NCBI RefSeq assembly: GCF_004010195.1
Contig: NW_025215007.1
Coordinates: 1 to 33,549 of the forward strand
Direction: 5' to 3'
From: Chiloscyllium plagiosum
Taxonomy: Eukaryota
DNA length: 33,549 nt
Shown here: positions 10,320 to 22,589 of the stretch, one piece after another
Numbering within the stretch: the stretch's first letter is position 1
Layout: each line of letters starts with the position of its first letter
Notes under the pieces: generated by a model
What the model was told of the DNA's origin: nothing
Databases searched by the model: none
Seen by the model: the letters and a program-made list of their open reading frames with translations, nothing else
Position numbers and translations under genes: made by a program

Positions 10320-10512
10320 ATCGCTTCTCGGCCTTTTGACTGAGATCATGTGTAGTTCTGTTCTTGTCAGTTTCAATATCTGATATATTGTTCAACTGAC
10401 TTAGGGACTGAATATTAATCTGGTTTTTGCAGGAAGGAGTTGGGTTCGGAGCTTGCTCCGTCAACTTGGCGCATTGTCCTGGTATTGCAGTGTTTCTGGG
10501 AAAGGTGCACCC
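10320..10512 (+). ncRNA. RNU2: Full-length divergent U2 snRNA copy (probable pseudogene)
   Basis: Begins ATCGCTTCTCGGCCTTTTG, contains GTGTAGT-TCTGTTCTT.TCAGTTT, GGAGCTTGCTCCGTC and CCTGGTATTGCAGT, and ends GGTGCACCC. Collinear with vertebrate U2 end to end. Confidence 0.95.
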
Positions 10513-10956
10513 CTCATTAAAGAATCCGAAAAGCAGCTTTATCTGTTTACTGTTGTATGTGTTTGCTTTATTTCTCGTGTACCGAGTCTGTGTGTAAGAA
10601 AGGGTACAGACTGCCTTTTGGTCAAGTCAGACTCGCTTTCATGCAAATCAATTTGTTTTAGTTATTATTCACTAGTCTCTTTCTGCATGTTCAGCCCACA
10701 GTCTCAATGTTATCACTTCATTCCTGGTGCACGCCACCCTTCCCAACAACCCGCAACTGCGAACAACAGAAGTCAAACAAAGTTACCCACCAGCTCTACC
10801 TAATGTCAAACGGCATTTCAGAAAACAAAATGCAGACGATGAAGCTATCGAAGTATTCAACAGTTTGGATTTTGATGATGAGGATGATGACTCGGATTTA
10901 TTGAATGAGAGATTTTGAGAACACTGTAAAGCAGGAAAATATCTGATGTTTCTAAA

Positions 10957-11425
10957 CCACATAGAGTCACAGAAATGTACAGCACAACTCGTCCATGCTG
11001 ACCAGATATTGCAACCTAAACCAGTCCCATTATCCAGCACGTGCCCAATATCCCTCTAAATTTTTCCTGTTCATATATTCGTCCAGATGCCTTTTAAATG
11101 TTGTAATTGTACCAGCCTCCACCACTTCCTTTGGCAGCTCAATCCACAAATACACCATCTTCTGCGTGAAAACAATGCCCCTTAGGTTCGTTTTAATTTT
11201 TTCTCCTCTCACCCTAAACCTATGCCCTCTCGTTCTGGACTACACACCACAGGGAAAAAATACCTTGTCTATTTACCCTATCCATGCCCCTCATGATTTT
11301 ATAAACCTCTATATGGTCATCCCTCAGCCTCTAACGCTCCAGGGAAAACAGCCGCAGCCTATTCAGCCTCTCCCTGTAGCTGACACCTTCCAACCCTGGC
11401 AACATTTTTGTAAATCTTTATGAAT
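10957..11425 (-). mobile_element. CR1 LINE 3' fragment
   Basis: RGEKIKTNLRGIVFTQKMV..WIELPKEVVEAGTITTFKRHLD. The tail (reverse complement of CATAGAGTCACAGA) lies at ~10960. Confidence 0.9.
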
Positions 11426-12494
11426 GTTGTTTATCAGAGTGCAAGAACAACCAGACATCAATAGGTGTGTTCGTGAAGGCTTTATTTTCTCATTTCAAAG
11501 GCCTGTGAGTTCAATCAGTTTACAAATGACCAAATCAGAGGCATATTACTCCGAGAGTCGATTCACACATTAACCAGTCCAACAGATACTTGTGGAGCTG
11601 GTGAACGGAGCCAGAGTTAAACAAAAGCTCTGTAGCAAGATGTAGAATTACCTGTCCACAAAGTACATTATTGCTGTAAGAACACTTTCCGGCGCCTGAG
11701 ACACTTCCTGCTCAGGGACTGGTACAACATTTCTGTCTTTCCTTTGCCTTTTTGCACGTTGATGCCGAGAGCAGAACCTAATGTTTCACATTGCTCTTGT
11801 CTTGCATGGTTCTTAATCGCAGACGAAAGCCAGACAGCTTATTGTTGTTGTTCGCGGTAACTAGACAACGGGCTGGACTGTCAGGCACTTGGAACAGCAG
11901 CAAACACACTGCATGTGCATCAACCAAATGGTCACGTCTCAAAGCCTCAGGGAACCAGTTCTCAGTCAGGGCAAGGGAGACTGGATTCAGTCAAGAGATC
12001 CAGGCATTATATGTTCAGGAACTTTGACATTGTTTGGGACAATCAGGACCAGCGAATCTGTATCACTACAGTCCAGAGAGTTAGACCATACAAACTACGC
12101 ATTGCATCCCCGAAACGCTCTGGTAGATTTTTCGATCCTGCATTTCCGTTTACCAATCCATGCTGACCCTGTCCGTTCCTGTCATTGGGGATCATTTCAA
12201 TTAAATTCTCAAGGACGGGTTCGGAGGGCCTTGCAGTAGCAGTGAAGTCGGGGAAGTCAGTTCAGGGCATTGGAGACAGCCTCTTCTGGCAGAGTGGACG
12301 GAATTGTGGAAGAGCTGGGAAAGTCACCATATTCGAGGTGGAAGGAGACAAGGACGTGGGTTTTTTGTGGAATTGCGAGTCACTATCACTGTCCAGGTTT
12401 TGATGTGGGGTCAGTGCAGCGTGATGGTTGGCAAGGCGACACTGCAGACCTGAGGCTTGGGGATGTGTAATGTTCTGAGGTAAGTTTTATATTC

Positions 12495-13010
12495 GTAGAA
12501 CCGGTGTGGGAAAGTACAGAATTTCATAGACTCAACACAAAGTGCAAGGAAGAAATGAGTGTTAGAATGTCATGTTGCAGATTTATAAGACTTTATTTAG
12601 GGTTCACCTGGAGTGTTGCCACCTTTCACCGAGGATGCGGAGAATGCAGAAGAGGATTACCAGGATGCTGCTTGTATCAGAGGGCATGAGCTGTAAGGAG
12701 ACTCTAGAAAAACTCAAGTTGTTTTCCTTGGAGCAGCGGACGCTGAGGGGAGACACCGTGGAAGTGTATAAAATTATGAGATACAATAATAGAGTTGGCA
12801 GTCAGAATCTCTTTCACAGAATAGAAATGTCAAAACCTTTGGAGCATATATTTAAGATGAAAGTGGGCAAGTTCAAAGGAGTTTGAAAGGGCAAGTTTAT
12901 TTTCACAGAGAGTGGTAGGTGTCCAAAACATAATGTCAGGGGTGGTAATGGAGGCAGATATGGTGCGGGTGTTTCAGCCGCTTTTAGTCCCATAAGCATA
13001 TGGATGTGCA
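12495..13010 (+). mobile_element. CR1 LINE 3' fragment
   Basis: LQIYKTLFRVHLECC...LFSLEQRTLRGDTVEVYKIM (12572-12886). Confidence 0.88.
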
Positions 13011-15477
13011 AGGATTGGAGGGATATAGACCAACTGACCATCAACCAGCTGGAACTTCCAGTTGCTAAATAAATGAAGACCGAGGTGAATGTTTTTGCAG
13101 GAATGGTGGGCAGCAACCTCATCGAAAAAATAAACTAGCCCGAAACTGCTCCCAATCATTAGACTTATGGTGTTCTTATCTGCCATTTCACTTGACTTCC
13201 TGCAAAGCGATCTGTAACTTTTTTCACCATCACACACGGTGGTAACATTGATAACACAGGAGAATATCTAACACTTTCATAGGGAGTTTATGAAACAAGA
13301 ATCACACTAGCCCATAATTGTAAAGAAATTAGTGGATGAACATAGAAGATTTTGAATACAAAGTGAGAATTGCCAACCAATAATTTGGAGGACAATGTAT
13401 CTGTGTTGGATCCGGCAGTCACCAGACGATCAGGGAATATTAAGATTTGTTGGGATATGCAAACTAGGAGGATAGAAAAAACTTGGACAAAGTAAAGACA
13501 TGGAGTTTATAATCTGGTATCCAGCTGATATGGCACTGGAATATAACGGTAGAGTGAGGATAATGTTTCACCAATTCTGAGCTGAGGCAGGGATTTCGGA
13601 GCCGTTTTGCAGAAGGAAACAATTCTTCATGATGGTGTAATTATCTTTTTGAATTTATCACACATTTTCTTACGTTTCCATAATGGAAACAGGGTTCTTC
13701 TAGAGTCACTTAAGAGACACAAAACTTTTTCATGGAAGCAGTAAAGATGTTGACTCACCTGCCACATCCAATCCCATTCCTGAGTTCGGATCCCAGTTGC
13801 CACTGAGCCCTCTGACTTGGCCTTGGATTCTCCACCAACACAACAACTGATACATGGAAAGAAATAAATCAAGAAAGGGAGTGGCATAAGCCTCAGGCCG
13901 GGTGAACTGAATAGAAACAGACAAAGTGAAATATTGCTGAAATGCATTTGTATACAAAAGACACTTTGTTTACAAGATATCATTTAATCTTTGCTTCAGA
14001 AAACTTCTCGCATTGTTAAACGTTTGTCCCTTCCATACCTACATAGCCTCAGAGATGTGTCGGACAGTCAGAATATTGGGAAAGAGAATGAAAGTGAATG
14101 GGAATATTGGTGTTAAGCATTGTTCAAAATATGTAAAACTTGTCCACTGAAGACCATTATATTAACTGGATCTGGTATAGCAGTACCATGGAACATTATT
14201 AATGATCTTTCCAGGTTCATATTAAAGGTAGCTGGGAACATTCTTTAAAGAAAAGAAAATACAGATTGTTGCTAGAACCATCATTGCAGTTTTCTCTGTG
14301 CACTACTGAGATTTCATCAGATGAAAACAAGTGGCAACAAATCGATCAAAAGAAAAATCGACAGTGAACCAGACAGAACAATTAATGGTCAAGCAGCTCA
14401 GGACATAGAGAACGCAACAAACAGGACATATCCAGAAAACACCGGGGATAATAATAAAATGGAAATCGAAGAAAGACAACCTAAAAAAGCAATGAACAGT
14501 AGATCAGACGGTGCCATTGCCACCAGATAGCAATTGCTGCATGAAGAAAGACCACATTTGCCCCTAGTCAAGAATATAATCGTCACTAGGCTAACTGTAA
14601 GAGAGAGAAAGATGAAAAGAATACTTGAAGTTACTGATCAAACATTTCTGTAACTGAACCCAGACTATTTTCGATGCATTTTAACACAAAGAAATTGTTC
14701 CGAGTCATATGAAGTTTACAGAATATGAATTCATGAAATGAATTATTTGCACTTTTAAAATACATAGGGAAGAATATGAGAAGCAGATTACTCCCAGAAA
14801 CACAGTTATTGAGGATAACAGCGGTTGATTTCAGCTGCTTTGTAGGTTACTCCGACTGGCTGGATTTGTCTATAAGACCATAATATCCACAGAAAAGCAA
14901 AGAATGGGAGATACCTACCATCGACATGGGTGTCAAAATTCCTCTGGAGCCTCCACAGTTGAAACTGTCCCTAGAATTGTACATCCATACGATATGAATG
15001 ACAGTACAGGGCAATCAATCACTCCATATATACAGAAATAAATGGCCTCCCAAATATGAACAAACAAGTAATAGGTCATTGAGTTCTTTTCTTGGACCAC
15101 CCGAGCAGTCTGAGCTATGAAGGTATTTACTAATGAACCCAATCACCATGTACATGTTGGATATCAACCACATTCAGAAGAACTTCAACATTTGGTAAGG
15201 TCTCCCCAATCCTCACGCCCTTACCGCCCACCCTACCACCTAACCAAGACTGTATTCCACAGTTCCCACCGAAACAAAACTTTTCTCCTTGTGAAAAGCT
15301 GTCCTTCTTCCCAGATTCAACAACACACTAGGGCTACGAATCTCCATCGTTCAATCAACTTATGCCATGGTCATCACTAGAATTAGACCACAGCTTGTTC
15401 TAGGAGACCCAATCAGTGTACTATTACTTGGCCTCTCAGGCTACCTTTCTAGATTCTACCAAAATTCTAAAGATTAG

Positions 15478-15850
15478 GGGAAGTGATGGCCTAACAGTTT
15501 TATCACTGTTTATCACTATTAATTCAGAAGCTGACACGACGTTCTGCGGAACTGGGTTCAATATATCTGCCACAGCAGCTCATGGGATTTCAATTCAAAA
15601 CTTATGTAGTTTTATAATTTCGAAGTATAACAATTCAACGGCTGTCAGTTGTTGGGGAAAAAAATCTCATCTCATTCTGTAATGCCCTATTTGGAGGGTA
15701 AACAGTCACCTTTACCTGGTCTGGACTACATGTGACTCCAGATCTAAAATAGCCTGGTTGACTCTTACCTGGTCTCTGGGCAATTAGGGAAGGGTGGTAA
15801 GTGTTGACCGAGGCAATGACACCCACATCCTTTTAATAAATGAAATAAAA
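15478..15850 (+). mobile_element. tRNA-derived shark SINE, SacSINE1/Deu-domain type, decayed
   Basis: Pol III-like head (GTGATGGCCTAA...GGGTTCAA), central CCTGGTCTGGACTACATGTGACTCCAGA block, GGCAATTAGGGAAGGG tail and A-rich end. Confidence 0.7.
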
Positions 15851-16279
15851 TGGTGCTTCCCAACACACAGCCAACTCCCCAGTACAGATGAAAGATCCCT
15901 TCTTAGACTATGCCCTGGTATTTGAACATCCCCATACAGAGTGCATTGTCTCAACCATGAAATTCCCAAAATTGAAGACATGGGATCCTACACTCAATTC
16001 AGTGTAGTTACGTAGAGTAGAGAACACCAAGCATCGACTACGACTAAGCAGAGACAACTGAAGCAAAAGGTTCTGCCTCATGGCTTTGAGACCAGCAAGA
16101 GTTGGGAACAGAATTGGACTCAGAAAAATAAGCTATGAAATGGATGATGGACCGGAATAAATGATGCCTTAAATTCAGCAGTACAAAGCTTCCAGTCTTT
16201 CAGCTTGGCATTTCTCCTGCTCTCTACCACACGGAATATTCCCTTGGACACTTAACCACCCCTCGGGTTCAGAGATATG

Positions 16280-16378
16280 CAATAGTGGAGGTTAGATGGG
16301 TTTCAGATTGGTTTGACAGGTCGGCGCAACATTGAGGGCTGAAGTTTCTGTACTGCGTTGTAATGTTCTATGTGTATG
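16280..16378 (+). mobile_element. Short CR1 3' tail
   Basis: ACAGGTCGGCGCAACATTGAGGGCTGAAG...CTGTACTGCGTTGTAATGTTCTATG, the same tail variant that forms the satellite unit. Confidence 0.75.
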
Positions 16379-16397
16379 GACATGAATCTCTTTATTA

Positions 16398-16590
16398 TCT
16401 GATGAGTTGTAAATGGTGCTGAACGTGCGCAATCAAAAGCAAACTATTCTCATTTTGACGTTATGCCAGAGGGAAGTTAATGGATGAGGCAGCTGATTTT
16501 TGGAACGATGCTGTGGAATTCCTGTCGAGATATATAATGGTTGAAATGATTAACCTCCAACAGGCAGTACCATCTTCACCTGTGGTCAGG
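16398..16590 (-). mobile_element. Decayed RT fragment of the same LINE family as 6131-6980
   Basis: GAGTTGTAAATGGTGCTGAAC...TTATGCCAGAGGGAAG...GCAGCTGA aligns with 6580-6672. Confidence 0.7.
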
Positions 16591-17139
16591 ATGAAACCAT
16601 AGAGAGTCGTAATCTCACTGAGATCAATTTTTCAAAGGATCAAAATGTTTGACATTGTTGTAATAAACGAAGGGAAGTACTCACAACTCTGGAATTTGGA
16701 TTTATGAGTTGTATTAGGGACATAGAGTATGCAGATGTATGAAGAGTTTCAATGCCTTTGTGATACAAATATGGAAATTATATTTCCATTAATAAGATAG
16801 ACCTCAACTTGAGTTCATTAATGTGTAATACTCATTCAGGTTTAGAGCAGCTTGCAATAAGAGAGGCTTGTATGGTATATTCGTTCACTGTTTTAAATGG
16901 TCTGTATTCTGGAAATGTTAATTCTACGTGATGCGCACGAAATCAATTATTAGCCATCCTCATCATTTTGCAGATACTAAAGTTTGTTAATTGTTGAAAC
17001 AGTCATTTTTGTATCAAAGAGTTTAATCGACTGTGTCACTTCCCTGTTGTGGAACACCCTGTGCCAGATATGTCCTATCCAGCAACGTTGACGCAGCAGC
17101 CCTGAACTTAATAATGTGCTGTGGGAGTGAACAGCTCCG

Positions 17140-18620
17140 TGTTATCGTTACTGCAAGCATTTATAAACCTCCAAGTGCTAGTAGGCAACAAGAAGTTCCT
17201 TCAATACTACCTCAGTCCAACATCAACTTAGTTTAAATCCCTCAATAGCCACAAAACAGTCTGGGGTTACTCAGCATCCAAATGTGACCTGCAATGATCC
17301 ACCTCACCTGGAAACCACAATCACTGTTTGGACGGCCATCCCAGGTGACAATTGCTGCAGTGATGTCCCACATCATCAGGCAAAGGAAATTATGCTGTAT
17401 CAGTTTCAACACATGGTTCATAGTCTCTTGGCAGTGCACTGATGATGGACTATGAATAAACGGATGACCCTGCTATAGTTTCCAACTCACCGTGTCCCTC
17501 AGCTGGACATCAGGTCAAATGGAGGACACAACCTCGGGCAGACTCTCACTCTGCAAGGCAGGATGTTCTTGATCCTGATTGGAGCCTTGGAGCAGCACAA
17601 CAATGTCAAATATCCGCAATCACACATCAGTCACCCCCAAATCAACTTGTCTTTCATCAGAGAAAAGTCCTGTCTTCCCACCCAATCTTCACCGTTCGGA
17701 GTCCTGTGGATCGGGTACAATAACAGAGAGTTCACAAAGCTGATGGAGTACTGCACTCCATGGACTAACACGATGGATTTACAGTAAATCGATCTAAAAA
17801 TATATCCAGGGTGTTCTTCTCCAATACGTCAGTTTCGACAAAATATTAATAATTAATTTAAAAACTCATCCAAATTGATTGTCTGAATCAAAATAATAGG
17901 AACAAAAGGTGAAATGGGAAACATCTGGTTGGGCAAAGTTATTTGATCGTCTGTTGGAGTGCTGCTGTCACTCCAATTCAGATCTCAGAGTTTTTCCTAT
18001 TAAACTCTATATAATAGCACTTTGCATCGTTTTACAAATAGCACAACTCTCACGTGTTTATGAGAGTTAACTAAATCACCAATACACATCATAATCAGAC
18101 TCCTGTGCTGAAGACCCCGCTCAGCGATCTTTCATCACAAATATCATGTTACCAGATTTCCATTGACTGATGAAAACACACAAAATGTTTCGCTATCGTT
18201 GCTGATGCTCACTTATCACTCCATCATGACCTACTCAATCCACCGATTGTTCACATTGTATTTGGGCTTCCATTTGGAGCCGACTGCCAGAGCAAGTCTC
18301 ACCAACACAATCACTTCGCATCAAGGAATGGGAAATAACAGGTATCACGAAGAGGTGGGTTGTTACAAAACCCAACTAACAAGTAGCAGGATTTAACCTC
18401 CCACAGAGAGAGACTAATCTTGCTAAACACTTTGTAGACCAGCCAGTACCGGTGCTCAGCCAAACCCAATCAATGTGCCCACAGGGTAAACACATTCTGT
18501 TCTGTATAGCGAAACTGACAGTGCTGCACTTTACTGAGGAGTCCTCTAATTGACAAACTAATCGTTTTAAACTCAGTAAGTGAGGACAGCATTGACTGGC
18601 ATCGGGATTTATCATGCTAA
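17140..18620 (+). mobile_element. Vingi/Ingi-group (I-clade) LINE remnant, RT core not recognisable
   Basis: APE-like SIYKPPS...LNSHKTVWGY (17155-17270); linker SHSAR...LGAA...PNQL (~17545-17650). C-terminal HLSLHHDLLNPP, IWSRLP, W...VTKPN*QVAGFNLPQRE, LLNTL*TSQYRC, TVLHFTEE, EDSIDW (18210-18610). Confidence 0.7.
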
Positions 18621-19075
18621 ATGGAAATGAAATAATTATCAGTCATAGAGTGGAATAAGCATCATTACATGCAGAACTTTGCATAACATCAGTTTTTTAA
18701 CAAGACTTACCGGGAACACCAAGGATGGTGTAATACACATGAGCAAAAAATAGATTAGCGTAATGCATTTTATGCTTGTTGAACAATCTCTCCCTTCCTT
18801 CTGCTCGCAACCTGTTGAAATTGGAGATGATACAGTTCCAGGGATATCATTTTGTGTTGTGTGGTATCTCCATTAGGATACTCTGATTACATATTTATTT
18901 TTCATAATTTCAAACAAACGGATGATGGCATCAGGTTTATTTTAATTATGTGATATCATGGGTGTTTAAGGCTGTGTTTGAATACCCCAAAGATTGACTA
19001 AATCTGATCCTCTTGGGTCTCAAATATTAATTTCATCTTGCCTCCAAACAACAAAACTTGCATGATTTCACTCAC

Positions 19076-19111
19076 TATCCTGAAGAAGGGCCTGTGCCCG
19101 AAACGTCGAAT
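19076..19111 (+). ncRNA. Minimal type I hammerhead ribozyme-like motif (best preserved copy)
   Basis: CUGAAGA (19080-19086), perfect helix II GGGC-CUGU-GCCC, GAAACGUC (19100-19107). Confidence 0.65.
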
Positions 19112-19167
19112 CTCCTGTTCCCTGGATGCTGCCTGACCTGCTGTGCTGTTCCAGCAATAAAGTTTCA
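19080..19167 (+). mobile_element. 88-bp Penelope-derived mini-element with perfect 15-bp TSD
   Basis: ATTTCACTCACTATC at 19065-19079 and 19168-19182. Insert is CTGAAGAAGGGCCTGTGCCCGAAACGTCG...CCAGCAATAAAGTTTCA. Confidence 0.9.
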
Positions 19168-19312
19168 ATTTCACTCACTATCACTCCATCATTGTCTAAA
19201 TATCTTTTGATATTCTTTTCAGTGATAGCGTTAATTTAGTTGATGCTATTCAGTTATTCAATACCTCATGATATAGCTCTCCTGAAGAACTGTTCAACTC
19301 GACTCTTAAAGA

Positions 19313-21026
19313 TCAGCAAGGCGGCCTTTGTACGGAGCCGCTGAAAATGGGGGAGATAATAAATGAGTATTTTGCATCAGTATTTACTGTGTAAAATGAT
19401 ATTGAAGGCATAGAAAGGAGCAAGATAGATGGTGACGACTTCGAAAATGTCCATATTACAGAGGAGGAAGTGCTGGCTGTCTTGAAACAGGTAAATGTGG
19501 ATAAATCCCCATTGATCAAGTGTACCCTATACCTCTGTGGAAGCTGGAGAAGTGATTGCTGGACCTCTTGCTGAGATATTTGTTTCAAAGATGATCACAA
19601 GTGAGGTTCCGGAAGACTGGAAATTGGTTAACATGGTGCCACCATTTAAGAAGGGTGGTAAAGACAAGCCAGGGAACTATGAACCAGTGAGCCTGACGTC
19701 GGTGGTTGGCAAGTGGTTGGAGGGAATCCTGAGGGACAGGATGTACATGTATTTGGAAAGGCAAGAACTGATTAGAGATAGGCAACATGGCTTTGTGCGT
19801 GAGAAATAATGTTTCACAAACTTGATAGTATTTTTTGATGAAGTGACAAAGAGGATTGATGAGGGCAGAGTGGTAGATGTGATCTAAATGGACTTCAGTA
19901 AGGCGTGTGATAAGGTTCTCCATGGGAAACTGATTAGCAAGTTTAGATCTCATGGAATACAGGGAGAACTAGCTATTTGGATACAAAACTGGCACAAAGG
20001 TAGAAGACAGATGGTGGTGGTGGAGGATTGTTTTTCAGTCTGGAGGCCTGTGACCAGTCGAGTGCCACAAGGATCGGTGCTGGGTCCTCTACGTTTTGTC
20101 ATTTAAATATATGATTTGGATTCGAGCATAAAAAGTACAATTAGTAAGTTTGCAGATGACACCAAAATTGGAGGTGTCGTGAACAGCAAAGAGGGTTACT
20201 TCATATTACAATGAGATCTTGACCAGATGGGCCAATGGGCTGAGAAGTCGCAGATGGAGTTTAATTCAGATAAATGCTGCATTTTGGGAAAGCAAATGTT
20301 AGTAGAACTTATACACATTATGGTCAGGTCTTTGTGAGTTGCTGAACAAAGAGACCTTGGAGTGCAGGTTCATAGCTCCTTGAAAGTGGAGTCGCAGATA
20401 AAGGCGTTTGGTATGCTTTCCTTTATTGGTCAGAGTATTGAGTACAGAAGTTGGAAGGTCATGTTGCGGCTGTACGGGACATTGGTTAGGCCACTGCTGG
20501 AATATTGCGTGCAGTTCGGGTATCATTCCTATCGGAATGATGTTGTGAAACTTGAAAAGGATCAGAAAAGATTTACATGGATTTTGCCAGGCTTGGCGGA
20601 TTTGAGCTATGGGGAGAGGCTGAACTGGCTGGGGATGTTGTCCCTGGAGTGTCGGAGGCTGAGGGGTGACTTGATAGAAGGTTACAAAATGGATAGAATC
20701 AATAGACCAAGTCTTTTCCCTGTGGTGGGGGAGTCCAGAACTAGAAAGCATACATTTCGGGTGAGAGGGGAAACATATAAGAGACCTCATATGCAAACGT
20801 TTCACACAGAGGGTGATACGGATATGGAATGACCTGCCAGAGGAAGTGCTGGATGCTGGTATAATTGCAACTTTTAACAGGCATTTGGATGGGTACATGA
20901 ATAGGAAGTATTTGGAGGGACATGGGCAGAGTGCTGGCAAGTGGGACTGGATTGGGTTGGCATACCTGGTCGGCTTGGACGGGTTGGACCGAATGGTCTG
21001 TTTCCATACTGTACATCTCTTTGACT
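19313..21026 (+). mobile_element. CR1 LINE, 5'-truncated, ORF2 RT with stops and frameshifts through 3' UTR
   Basis: PEDWKLVNMVPPFKKG, PGNYEPVSLTS, QHGF, MDFSKACDKV, VPQGSVLGP, KFADDTK and LVRPLLEYCVQF motifs. Confidence 0.97.
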
Positions 21027-22589
21027 GCACACTCTTATCCCACTGCTTTCCTTGTGAATTCACTTTTACAATACATTTGGGAAATTCAATCTTTGAACAT
21101 GCACTCTAATACAGAAACTGAAGCTGACACTGCTCACACCAACAGTTGGAACGTACACAGGGAAATATTTTCTCAAAACAAAGACAAAAACAGTATTCAG
21201 AACCTTATCTTCAAAATCAAAGAATGATACTATCATTCAGGACGGCGGTAATGGTAGCGTCATTCAGGACAGCGCTGTCCTGTCTGTCAAGTTTTTACCT
21301 CCAAAATTACACGAAGGGCTAAACGTGGCCTGAATAATATCTTGATGGGAGTCTGGACTGGTCTGTAACACTGGAATATGTACATACTGTAACCTGATGT
21401 CAGTGAGGGTTTCAGTAACTCCGTGTGTGATCGCAGTGAGGGCCCTTGTACTGGGCAGGTCAAACCATGACCTCACAGAACAAGTGTGATCTCACCATGT
21501 ACATCAAAGAGGACGACCTCACATCACACTCGGCTTGTAAACTGCCTTCGTTTGAGGCATGAGGCTGCATGAGGAAACCCAGGGAAGGCAAGGTCATTGC
21601 ACTGGTAGTTTCTCAGGTTGATCTGTCTGGGAGTTAGTGTGATCAGAAAGAAGAGCAAAACTGCTTCACTTTACAAAATACAACGCTGTGCCAAGATTAT
21701 CAGTGAGGTTATTATGCAGAAGATGGTGGGGTTTGTAACGTTCATCTAATTTTTTTTCCTTATGTGATGACTGAGCGTTTGGGTGGGATACGGAAGTAAT
21801 GTTCTAGAGATTTATTCTGTGGTAATTTAGAGTTTATTTACATTGGGAAGGCATCCAGAACTGACTCTTAACAGGAAAAAAAATCTTTAATTCCAAATGT
21901 CACTATATTCCTCTGACCTCGCTAATCTTTATATCCTTACCAGTGAAGAGCATCATGTGTGGTAAAAAAAAGTGCACTTTGGAGAACTGACATGGCATTA
22001 ACTTAAGGAGCGGATCAGTTCCGTGACAGTGCAGGTGAGAGGGAGAAAGATCCAGCAGAAATTGGTATGGAGAGGGATTGATTGAGGTGGAGCTGGATGT
22101 GAGAGATTAGGATGGGAGAGAAATCTGATGGTGAGGATTAGAGGGGAGGGCATTGTGGATGGTACAGAGATAATGACCTGCTTCACATCATCATTGTCCG
22201 AAAATCCACGAATGTCAAACCCAAGAGCTTGTGAAGAGGCTAACCGTGTGGTCAAGTTTGTGGCCAGAGTTCCCAATATACCTAATCAGCTTGAAAAGAA
22301 GTGTTTAATTCAAATCTCGAGGTTTGTTATTTTAATGGAAAATTATCCATTTAATGTGAAATAAATTATCCATTTACTGTGTAATTTAAAGAGAATGTTT
22401 TTCTTAAATTCAATGATGTACTGAGCTTTGTAAACGATACGTTGATGAAGGCCTGTAGTTAGCTTAGCTCGGATTGAATTCTATAAACATTCGACTTGAC
22501 CTTGCGATAGTCAAACATAGCGAAAGCTGAAGAACTGATATGTCTAAGACCAGGGGATGTCAGAATAATAACTTGATCTCTCCCAGTCT

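Noticed and set aside
12040..12200. Minus-strand QHGLVNGNAGSKNLPERF resembling the CR1 QHGF motif
   Set aside because: Similarity is too short and weak to support a feature.
20299..21063. 254-aa minus-strand ORF
   Set aside because: Antisense of a CR1 3' region; such shadow ORFs recur at other CR1 copies (e.g. 10995-11423).
21998..22276. Possible L2 LINE remnant on the minus strand
   Set aside because: Only compositional resemblance; no diagnostic motif recovered.
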